A stretch of DNA of 61,002 nt, the filler included. It is 11 parts of 11 records of this genome, joined end to end, with 100 filler letters (N's around TTAATTAATTAA, not from the genome) between each part and the next. Parts side by side here need not be neighbours in the genome. Positions count along the whole stretch, not along the records: positions 1 to 3,636 come from SRR15195285_5561; positions 3,737 to 12,601 come from SRR15195285_5567; 9 more parts are not named here. One strand, given 5' to 3'. The translations under genes and the position numbers were made by a program. Shown here piece by piece: positions 1 through 10,500 of this stretch. Below the pieces are notes generated by a model. The model was not told where the DNA came from and searched no databases. It saw only the letters and a list, made by a program, of their open reading frames with translations. Numbering within the stretch: position 1 is the first letter of the stretch; every line of letters starts with the position of its first letter.

Positions 1-3000
1 CAGCAGCAGCAGCAGCAGCAGCAGCAAGCTCTGGCATGGGACCTGAGACTGTTCGTGCAGACCGGGCAGCCTCACGCTCCAGCTCGGCAACACGCTCCAA
101 GGCGGAGCGAAGCTCGCCTTCTAATCTCGTACTGATAGTATCATTCGTCTGGGTGTGAGTACTAGAGAGCGACCGCTGCTGTTGCTTCCGGGCCTCTAGC
201 AGCTGTTTTCGCAACAACTGCAATTGCTCCCGGGTTTGCGTCTCATCGCTCCTCGCGGCTGCAATGGCAGCCTCTGCATCCTCGTGCTGCTGTTTGCTTC
301 TTGCTTCCATCTCAAGTTGCAACTCTGCCAGCTTTGCACGCAGCCGTTCTTGCTCGTCTTGATTCTCTTGCTGCAGCTTGGTGTGCCTCTCGACCATCTC
401 CTCGGTCGCTGCCTGTGCCTTCTGCGCAATCTTTTGCTCTAGCTCTGCGTGTGATGCAGTTGGACCCCTGGCTTCTGTGGGGGTCTGCGTCTGTGCCTCC
501 ATCAACTGAGGGCTTGCCAGCAGAGCTGTCTGCGTTGAGGACTTCGACCGCAGTTTCGCCGACTGTGAAATCTGATCCTCGCGCTGCTGTTTGCTTCGTG
601 CTTCTTCTACCTCAAGCTGCAACTCTGCTAGCTCTGCACGCAGCCGTTCTTGTTCGTCTTGATTCTCTTGCTGCAGCTTAGTGTGTCTCTCGACCATCTC
701 CTCGGTCGCCGCCTGTACCTGCTGGGCCTGCACAGCCGTCTCTGCAGCCGCAGCACGCTCAGACTGCAACTCACGCAGTAGCGCCTCGTGGCCTAACCGC
801 TCCCGCTCCCTCTCTTCGGCACGAATGAGTTCCGCCTGCCTCTCCTCTACTCGCTCTCTTTCTCGCGATTCTTCTCGTTCCTCCTCCTGTGCGGCTGAGA
901 TCTCGTGGGCAGCCTCCATGGTAGTAATCTGATTGCGCAGACGACGTATTTCTCCCTTCAGTGTGTTGAGATCTCCATTCGTGACAAGCTGTGTGGCTTC
1001 CGCGCGAGGTGTGCCTGCGACACCCGTGGTCGAGGACACATCAACAGCCGAAAGAGAACCTGAGATCGATTGCTGCCCTGATTCTGTTTTCAATCTTGCT
1101 TTCTGGGCATGAGACTGCACAGCTTTTGTTTGTGCGAGCGCTGCTTGAGCTAGCTGCTGTGCACGAGCTGTCTCTTCCCGCGCCGCCACCGCCGCCTGCT
1201 CAGCTCTATTGCGGGACTTCTTCTGCTCTACCACTTCAGTGCGTAGCTTCTTTGCTTCAGCACGCTCACGAGCTGCCTCCTCGGCATATTGTTTCACCTT
1301 GAGTTCACTTTCGCGGCGCAAGTTCGCTATTTCCTGCGATGAGGCCTCCAAGGTGCTGATGTCACTACGGGCTGCATTTAACTCAGCCAGTACATCATCA
1401 CGTGCAGCACTTGCACTGGCCGCTAGACCACGCGTACAGCTCAGTGACTCCTCTGCCTCTGCCGCACGAGCAACGGCAGCTTCCAGCTGCTCGCGCAGAT
1501 GCTCGCAGAGCGCGGCATCTTCTTCGTGCTGGGCAGTGAGCTGTTCAACACGCACTGCACCTTCGGTAGAGTGTGCTGCATCTGCGTCGGACTTTTGTAC
1601 GAGGGCGGCAATCTTGATGTGCGCCGCGTCACGCTCGTTCTCAAGATCTGCAATGCGGTTGGCTGCCACTTCAGCTGCCACTTCAGCTGCGACTGCTGCT
1701 GCTGTCGCTGCTGCTGCTTCACCTTCCTTCCTGGCTTGGTCGGCAGAACGCGCAGCTGCTTCTTCAAAACCTTGCTGGTCGGCGCTGCTGGCAGCTTCCA
1801 AGGCAGCCGCCGCCTCTTCAGCTGCCGATGCGACATCTTCTGCTTTCTGAAGCTCAGCCTCTACGGCACTGACCCGCTCGTCTGCTTCCATGAGCCGTTG
1901 CCGCAGCGCTGCTGCCTCACTCTCTGCAGCCATGAGCCCGTCTGCCAATTCTGCACCCTTTGCTTCCCACGCTGCAACGGACTCTTCAGCCCGCGCAAGA
2001 AGCATCTTTGTAGCTTCCGCTTCGGCCGAAGCAGCAGCAGCAGTTTCAAGGGCACGCTGTTCGCTCTCCGTTGCTTCGGACTTTGCAACTTCTGCACTCT
2101 CATGAGCCTGGTTCTCGGCTGCAGCGACAGCAGCCTTCGCAGCTTCAACTGCACTTGCAGATGCGCTTTGTGCTGCTGCCACGCGCGTGGCCGCGGCCTC
2201 CTGGGCTTCCTCGGCAGCTTTCTGCAGTGCCTGTATTTTGCGTGCATGTACCATCTCCTCCTCGTCACGCACAGCCACAGCAGCCTGCCTCTCCGCCTCC
2301 ACCTGTGCTCGAAAAGCCGCATGCGCTTTCGCTTCCGCCGAAAGTCTCGCTTCGCATTCACTGAGCGTCGCTCTTGCTGCGTCCCCCTCCTCGCGCGCAG
2401 ACTTTGCTGTCTCGGAGAGCTGACTCTCCAAGCTCGCCACCTTCCCACGCAACCGCTCCGTCTCTTCCATGCCCTTTCGTGTTGCCTCAGCAGCGACACC
2501 AAGGGCCATCTCTAGCGACACGGCTCGGTGGTGATCGCCCGCCGACGGGGAGACCAGCTGATCACCGACCTGTGCCTCAGCGCGAAGTAACTTGCGACCT
2601 TCGCTTCTGGCCGCAAGCTCCCGCCTTCTCTTCTCGCTGGTGCTGCCGCCGTTGCCGCTGCCGCCGCTGCTGACACTAGTCGCAGGCGACGGGGGCGAGG
2701 GCATTGCTTCCCAAGGGCTGCCGTCGAGACCGACAAAAGGAGAGTCCTCGGCAGCAGCCCGGCGCAAGGACCTCTGGCGCCGCGGAGTCCTTTGGGGTGT
2801 GAGAGCCGTGGGGCTCACGCGCCCGCGGCTCGGCGATAGAACTGGTTGCGGCACCGTTGGATGCGGAGACCGCGTGGGCGTCCCGCCTAGCGGCTCGAAC
2901 GGCAAGCCAGAGTGTCGCCGGAGCGCCGCCAGCACGTCTTTGTGTGCACGAACCTGTGCCCAGTCGTGGGCGGTGCGCCCGGTGTTATCGGCCTGCTCCG

Positions 3001-3273
3001 GATCTGCGCCTCGGCCGAGGAGCTCGTCCACACAAGTGGAGGCGCCATTTGCGGCACCAGAGTGCAGCGCAGTTGCGCCGCTGTTGTTTCTGAGATCTAG
3101 CTTCGCCCCTTGCTCCAGCAGCCAGCGCAACGCACCCAGGTGCTCCTTCGCGGCAGCCCAGTGCAGCGCACTGTTTCCCACCGCCCCGCAGCGGTGGTCC
3201 AGCAAGCCTTTCGAATGCCTTTCAACGAGCGCCTCCAGCATGCCGACATTCCCACTCTTTGCCGCGGCGACCC
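1..3273 (-). CDS. Ankyrin-repeat protein with long Ala/Glu-rich coiled coil (partial; frame runs open off the window edge)
   Basis: The minus frame reads GNSALHWAAAKEHLGALRWLLEQGAKLDLRNNSGATALHSGAANGASTCVDELLGLGADPEQADNTGRTAHDWA (about 2950-3190, ankyrin repeats), followed by about 800 aa of E/A/R-rich heptad-like sequence. The ORF track lists no stop-terminated ORF in this frame, consistent with it staying open to base 1. A likely acceptor cag lies at 3274-3276; the upstream exon is uncertain. Confidence 0.75.
278..720. repeat. Direct duplication of about 145 bp inside the coiled-coil CDS (copies at about 278-420 and 577-720)
   Basis: Both copies read tcctcgYgctgctgtttgcttc...gcacgcagccgttcttgYtcgtcttgattctcttgctgcagcttRgtgtgYctctcgaccatctcctcggtcgcYgcctgtRcct, with scattered substitutions. 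Confidence 0.9.
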
Positions 3274-3636
3274 CTGTCCAAGTCAATCGCAACCATCTTG
3301 AGCAGCGGCCACAGTAGCACGGGGTTCCAACACAAAGCGCAGGGGCGAAACCAGCCAGGCGCCCGAAACCAACAGCACACACACTGCTACACGGCACTAA
3401 CCGGCGCGCCCCTCCCACGCAGACGACTGGGCAGAGGAAGGATGCAGTGTATGGCAGCGAGCGGTGACGACGGTCGCGTGTTCTACATGGCGTGACAGAG
3501 ATCGTTTGCGCGGAGTGGGTACACGCCGACGACACCGCCTCGGACTGCGCCGCGCCGGCGAAGATCCGCGAAGGGTCGACCCGCCGAGTGCCGCCAGCCG
3601 CGCGTATGCTGCTGCTGCTGCTGCTGCTTCTGCTGC

Positions 3637-3736
3637 NNNNNNNNNNNNNNNNNNNNNNNNNNNNNNNNNNNNNNNNNNNNTTAATTAATTAANNNNNNNN
3701 NNNNNNNNNNNNNNNNNNNNNNNNNNNNNNNNNNNN
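3637..3736. other. Artificial contig spacer (N44-TTAATTAATTAA-N44); identical spacers at 12602-12701, 16007-16106, 20590-20689, 29595-29694, 33426-33525, 40867-40966, 48387-48486, 51722-51821 and 56049-56148
   Basis: Ten identical 100-nt blocks; TTAATTAATTAA puts stop codons in all six frames. Confidence 0.99.
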
Positions 3737-4543
3737 CCGTAGAGCCCACGCACGCGTTCTAGAGCGCTCTACAACGCGTGTGGGCTGTGCGCTGTTGTGC
3801 TACTGCACCACTCCACGTGCCTTGAACGGCCTGCCTGCTCCGTGGTTGTTGTCTGATTGTCGAAAGATAAGTGGTTGGTCATAGTACCTGCTGATGCCTG
3901 AAGCTGTCGATGGTATCACACCACCAGCAGCAGCTATGGTGGGGACTCGAAGCTAGGCAATTGGTGCCTTGTGCCCGAGCCACAGATAGAGCGCAAGGGT
4001 CAACGGTTGCTCGTACATTCAGAGCAAAGTGTGGCTGTTTCCGTGCAGTTGTGAATCAAGCACATTGCGTGTCATGCTCAAGGAGTTGGCGCTACTGACT
4101 AGTAAGTTTTCAGCTAACCGATAAGCGCCAAATAGTAGACATCGCAAAGTCTGTTTTGGCTGACAAAAACTGAAATTCATCCTGAATGCAAATGTTTTTC
4201 GGAACCCATGGAAATCATTATCGAGAAAGCATTTGCAATGTCACGTCTCCCGATAGATCTTGCGAACTCAAACACTTTCATTTCTGAGCGTCTAACTGCA
4301 TATTAAAAAAAGCAGGTGGAAATCTTGCCTGCATGCAAGCTAAATTTTCGGCACGGGCTCGTCTACGTCCCAGGACCACACATGTTCTTGTACCACTCTC
4401 AATTTCGCAGCCGTCGTTGCTCTTACCGTCGCTCGCTTTGTTGAATGCATGCAAGTCTCTGCCTGCGAGCCTATACATGTGCCATGCTTGAGCGAGCGCA
4501 GTCACAGTAGCTCGAAAACTTGCACGACCTACGGCAGCTCGAG

Positions 4544-7500
4544 CTATTGCTGGAACATAGGGTTGGCGACATGATTTCCACCTGCACCGGCAGCGTCGCT
4601 TTTGCGGAAGAAATGGTGCTTTTTCTCGGCAGTCACACTGCGGTGCTGCATCTTAACTCGATGCAATTGTGCAAACCCCTGTGCACTCGTCTTGCTCGTC
4701 CAACCACGCTTGCCGACTTTGAGCCGCAGTGTGCCGTCTCTCAGCACCTTAGTCTCAGTGACTTCGACTAGCTCACCAGCTTTGAGCTGGCCAGTCCTGC
4801 GTGAGCTGATTTCCGCCCCACCTTGCAACGGTGTGGCTTTAACCGTGCGGTAGTGGCCTGTGAACGCTTTTGGGTCCGACTTGATCTTCCCACTTTTGAT
4901 TTTCTGTGCGGTAGCGAAGGCAGCGAGTGGGTTGATCGAGGGTTCGGAAAGTGTTGTGGACGTCTCGGGATTCTTCATGGGTAAAGTCTCTCCAGTCCGA
5001 AGTTTCGCAAGTTGCGCTTGCTGATGCAGCTGTTCCGACAGAGACTTGCCTTTGGTCTTCTGCGACTTGGTCAGTTTCTGCTGCTCGTCGTTCGGACCCT
5101 TCCAGTGGAGGCCCAAGCTTTCAATTCTGGCCTTTTCATCCAGCTCTTCTTGTGTCATAGGGCGCATGTCTTCGCATAGTTCCACGGCATCAAAGTCAAA
5201 CATGTCCCATTCCCACTCATCCTGTGTGATTCGATCACCCAGGTCGAGGACTACTGACCCAAGGAGCCGTGGTGCCACGTACTCCTCGTCGGTTTTGTCC
5301 GCTGTAGCATCTAGAGCTGGGTCGCCCATGAATGCCTTGATAGAGATGCACTCGACCATTCCAGTGCCATCTGGATCAGCTGGGTCGGTAACGTCGAACA
5401 ACAGCGCTTGGCCGACGCCCTCGTTCCACGACGGGCCTTGAGAGTCTTCAGCTACGTCCATGAAAGTTGCACCAGCTGTCCGTTTTCTTTCTCTGTTCAC
5501 ACGCAGCTCGATAAATACTATTACCGCCCGTTCTTCTTCGTCAGCAACCTCGCCAATCGCCTCCAGAAGGAAGCGTTCAGACCAATCAATCTTCAGGATG
5601 TTGCAGCGTAGTCGTTCATCGTTACGGCGTATCTCTAGGTGTAGCTTGCCGATGCACGTCCCATTAACCATGTCCTGATCTGCCAGCTTAAAATGGCGCT
5701 TGCCGAATATACCGTGGTGATTGTAGCTGAACCATCCGTGAGGATCACCTTCCTGTTCACTTTGCTTATGCAAGCGCGCTACAGCCCCACCATTTTGAAA
5801 GATTACAGCCTGCGAGTTTACGGTCACCATCTGCCCGAAATCGATGCGTCCAACTGGCGGAGGTGGCTTCTCGCCCTTTGCAGGTTTCGCTCGGATCATG
5901 GCTTTGTGCATCGATACCCCGTCGACATCGATGCATTCGTACCGAGATCCGACTTTGCCCAGTTCGTATTTAAGTAAGTCAATGCGTACATGGTGAAGCT
6001 CTTCTGTGACTGTCACTACCAAGTCGTATCCCAGAGAGACCAACATGGGCGCATTTGCACCCAGCATGAACATGCCGATTATTGGCCGGGTTAAGTAAGC
6101 TTCACCTTCAAGATTGACGCGCAGCAGCAACGATACCATGTACGAAAAGACAATTAAGCTTTGACCCAGGCAAGCCAGTAAATTGCTGCGGCTGTGCGCG
6201 TAAGGCTCATATTCGAGCAAACATGACAAGACGAATGTAGAGATGAAAAGTCCGATGATGCTCTGAAGGATCGAACCACGGTCAATGAACGTCAGCATGC
6301 CGATCAGTGCAACTTTCTGGGCCATCAAATACACTTCCCACATGTAGCAGTCTGGCTTGTAATCTATGTACAGCGCCTCGTATTCGTGTGGCCCTTCATG
6401 CTTCATGATGGCATCTGCATGTTTACGCAGCACGCGTACCATACTGAGTGGAATGCCAAGTGGAATCATCAACATCAACGCCGAGCAGATGTATACGTGG
6501 CGTGAGTAAGACTCAGAGTGGCAAGACTCTGCAAAGTCTTCGAACATGTACTGCTGGTCGTAAATTCCCGTTTGGTAACACATGAAAAATCCAAACAACT
6601 TGTTCGTGATGCCTGGATATGCCAAAAATACAACGAACAGACAACGTGACACAGCAACTTGTTTAAGCGCAGCCTTCTTTTCCATTCGTTCATACCGTGC
6701 ACGAGCCTCGTGATCAGACATCTCTTCTTCGTTGTCATCTTCTAAACCGAGGAACGTGGCTCCCATGCTTTTCGCCAGTCTTTGCTCTTCTTTTTCGAGA
6801 TAATCTGCCCTCTCTTCCTCTGACATGTCGTTCACGTTTACTGCATCATGGCTTTCCACACCAGCGCGTGATTTCAACGGCCCATCTTTCCGATTCTGCT
6901 TGTGCTGCTTGGCTAGTTTTCCTTTCAGTTTCTCGTCTTGCTCCGGGTCGTGAACATGTCCCTGGTTTACAAGACCCAAGTCAACTACTTCTGCCTGCCG
7001 CACGTAAGTCACTGCAAAGTACACCACCATTAAGACAGGCAGCAAGAGCTGGAAGTACAGCTTGTGGTAATAGCTACTCGGTGCCAGACAACCAAGACCT
7101 GGCAGCTCAAAAATTTCAAAGCTGAGGTACTCTTTGAACGATGCAACGAAGTTCCGTACGATTTCGGGGAACTTGACATTCAATGTTACGCCCATTCCCA
7201 CCCAAATTTGGTAGACCTGTATCACAATTTTCACATCTTTCAGCATGGCTGGTAGAACTCGGTGAACGACTGTTACAATCTCACCCAGACGCGCGCTGTG
7301 TTTCAAAAATGGGATGAGATAGTAGAACCCGAAAAATATCGCAAACACAAACCCTGTCCCTTGCAACGCGAGCATAATGCCTGATTGGCACATTGTGCAG
7401 CCCAAACCTTTCTTCATGGCGAATCCGGGAGCGCAATATGCACATAGTGGACCATCGTATCCGACACCACAGCGCTCGAGACTGCTAGTGACATTCCTGT

Positions 7501-10500
7501 ACTCCAGCTCAGCATTGCACGATTCATCGAACCGGCATTTGAACACATTGCGTTCTCGGTTGACTTGATATGCAGGTTGCACCAGTGCAGACTCCCGTTC
7601 CGGAACTGCATCGTCCTGATCTATCAGGCTCATTTCAATGAATGTCCAATTTTGTGCAACGAATGGCTTCCCTTGATAATCCCACTGGGGGCCTGGACCC
7701 GCGCCACAATCCAGACAGTCAGGACACCTGATACATCGTTGCCGCATCAGAATTTCTTCGTAAGCGTTCTTGTTTTCCACAATTGTTTGTGGGGATCTCT
7801 CGCGGCCTTGTGGAAAGCACCAGATTGGATTGCCTCGGATTGCTTCTTTGTTAACACCGAGATACCAGGATTTAGGCGCGGAGTTCGGATCCACCATATC
7901 GCATCCTTTCGGGCAGTCCCCAGTGCCGTCTGTGTTTGCGTCCAAATCACATGTAGGAACGTCTGCAGTGCCAGTGCACGTGGTACCTTGCTTTGTGCAT
8001 CCCACAGTACACGTACCTGTGTCAGGGAAAAACTCGCAACGCGGCGTGTCTGCTGTCCCAGTGCACGTGGAGGAATCTGACATCAGCTTAGCACTGTCCT
8101 TTATGGTAGTAAAGAGGCTATAAACTTTCCCCACGCCGATAGGTTCTCCAACGTCTTGATAAATGATAGGTTGATCAGGCTCCCAGTATTCATCGGTTGC
8201 GTCGCGCCCACCGGAACTGGGGTCCTGAATGAGATCGTACTGCCCAGCCGGGCACATACAGTCAGAAGGCAGAATGCTTCCAGTTCCGTCAGCTGGTTTG
8301 GTGATCATTTCGTTCTCTCTGTCACATCGGATGCATGAAGCTCGAGCCTCATCGTAGCGGAAGCGCCCAATCTCACAGTTTACACATTCAGTCTGTGCTT
8401 GGTTCTGGTGCTTGCCAGGTGGGCAAAATGCACAGGCTCCATCGACCCCCGCACTACCTGTGTCGCATTGCATGCACCACTGTTTGTTCTCCGTTGGCAT
8501 GAACCCATCTGGGCAGTCAGTGCAAGTGCCATCCGACCCTGCCGATCCATCATGGCACGGATGGCACGGAAGCCCTTGGCCCAGAATCAGTTCCTGTCCT
8601 GGCGGACATAGCTTGCAGACTTGAGATACAATGTCGTAGTACTGAGATTGAGGGCATGGGATGCACTCGTCTGCGGTTGGATTAGGGGCTAGACCAATCG
8701 CACACTCTGCGCAGTTCCTGCCATCCGTCGATGCCGTACCTGGCTGGAAGGCGCAGCTGTCGCATCCTTGCTCTCGGTCGTTGTTTGGCTGTGAGCCAGG
8801 CAGGCAGCGATCACATATACCGGATGTCCGAGCGTACCCTACCCCACATAAGCACTCCGTACCACGCTCGTTCGGATAACTTTTAACCTCTTCTCCTGGC
8901 TGTGTGCAAACTACAGTCAGCACCACCGGGAACAATGACGGTGGAACTATTCGGTTATCATACTTGGTCATGATTAGCCATGGCCCCATCACAGGCATCG
9001 TGAGCTGAATGAAATACCCGTATTCTGGATCGTAGCTCGACGTAAACAGCAGCTCCACGTCACCTGTTACGCCATCGATCATTGTGTCGCTACGCCTGGT
9101 CACAGTGGCTGTGAAACTAAGTCCAAATTCGTGTATGTCGTTCCTGAACTTATCACGGGGCACCACACGCTGCTTGCCTGGCTCGCCAGCTGTTATCTCG
9201 CGCTCAAGAAAGTTTGTCGACATGGTCGGTTCAATTTCAGCTGGCACGACGAGAATTGAACATTCAATCACCCACTCTGTTGGTGCTAGATTGGAGAAAG
9301 TCAGAGGAGCACCAACAGGCTTCTCTGGCACAGGATCACTCCACCATGTTGTCACTGAAGCACCATAGATGGTGTTGAAAGCTGTATACTCACCAACCAA
9401 CATAGGAGCTGCAAACTTCACTTCTACCTGTGCTTGTTCTACCACCTCGAGCAGCCCGTTGGGTCGCCAGAACTGGTCATCTTTATCAATGTTGGAATAG
9501 AGGTACGTTTCTGCATCGTCCAGATTTCCCTTCTGTCGCAAGTACGCTTCGATTATCTTCCATTCTTTGAAAGGTACCCACTTGTTTGCATCCCAGAACC
9601 GCAAGCTCTTCAGAATTGCAAAGTGACTCTCGTCCACTGATGTGCCCAGCGCGCCATTATTTTCCCACCCGCCACACCGTGAAAAGCTAAACGGCGGGAG
9701 GCCCCCGACTGGTAATCCAACAAAGGCAGTACAATTGCTGATAGCCCACTGCGATGTGCTCCGCGGGTCAGTGTTGTAGACGGTGATGAACGTCGATTGT
9801 GACTCTCCGGCTGGCAAAGTCACCACTGGCAGAATGTCTGGGAACACCGTCACACGCACGCCTGATTGACCAACGGCAAATGACACTTCGAACAATGTCT
9901 CCCCGCTGCTAGAAATGATCGTGGCGTTCTGTCTGTTTATCCCAAACGTGGCAGAAGTACCGTACATGCGTAGCACGACCGTCAGATATTCCTCGGGCGC
10001 TATCGTCCAAGGAAACTCAATGTCCGACAGGACAGATGCCACGTCCTCGATGCCACTATCAACCACACGCTGCACCGCTAGCCATTCATCGACCTGGACG
10101 CGAAATATCGTTGCTGGTTGCCCACCAGTGTTTGTTACGAGCACTGGTGTATCAACGAACTCAGTCGATTCGCAAGCAGCCTCAACTACTGCAGGGTTGA
10201 TTGACAAACGTGCAGCAATTACATGAAGATGGACTAGACACTGCTCGGTCTTGTGAGAAGACACACCTACTATGGTGATATTCTGCTCACCTTCTGATAG
10301 CTGCATATCACACTCCGAGTCTGCACAAGTGCCGACTGCAGCACTTGCATCGGATACAGTTACAGACAAACCAGCACCACTAACAAATGTTGTGCCGTAC
10401 ATGCACAGGTCGTTGATGGAATTGAGCTGCAGTGTGGCTGCGCCTCGTGGGATGAACAGCTCGCTCAGTGTACAGCCCAATGCGACACAGGAATCGAAAC

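Noticed and set aside
1-27. (CAG)n/(CTG)n tracts at 1-27, about 3607-3636, 51697-51721, 51822-51866 and the window end
   Set aside because: Ordinary poly-Gln/Ala coding microsatellites that explain where the assembly broke.
681-3317. Long plus-strand ORFs (for example 1209-1850, 1499-2515, 2592-3317)
   Set aside because: Antisense shadows of the minus-strand ankyrin/coiled-coil frame; Ser/Ala/Cys-rich with no domains.
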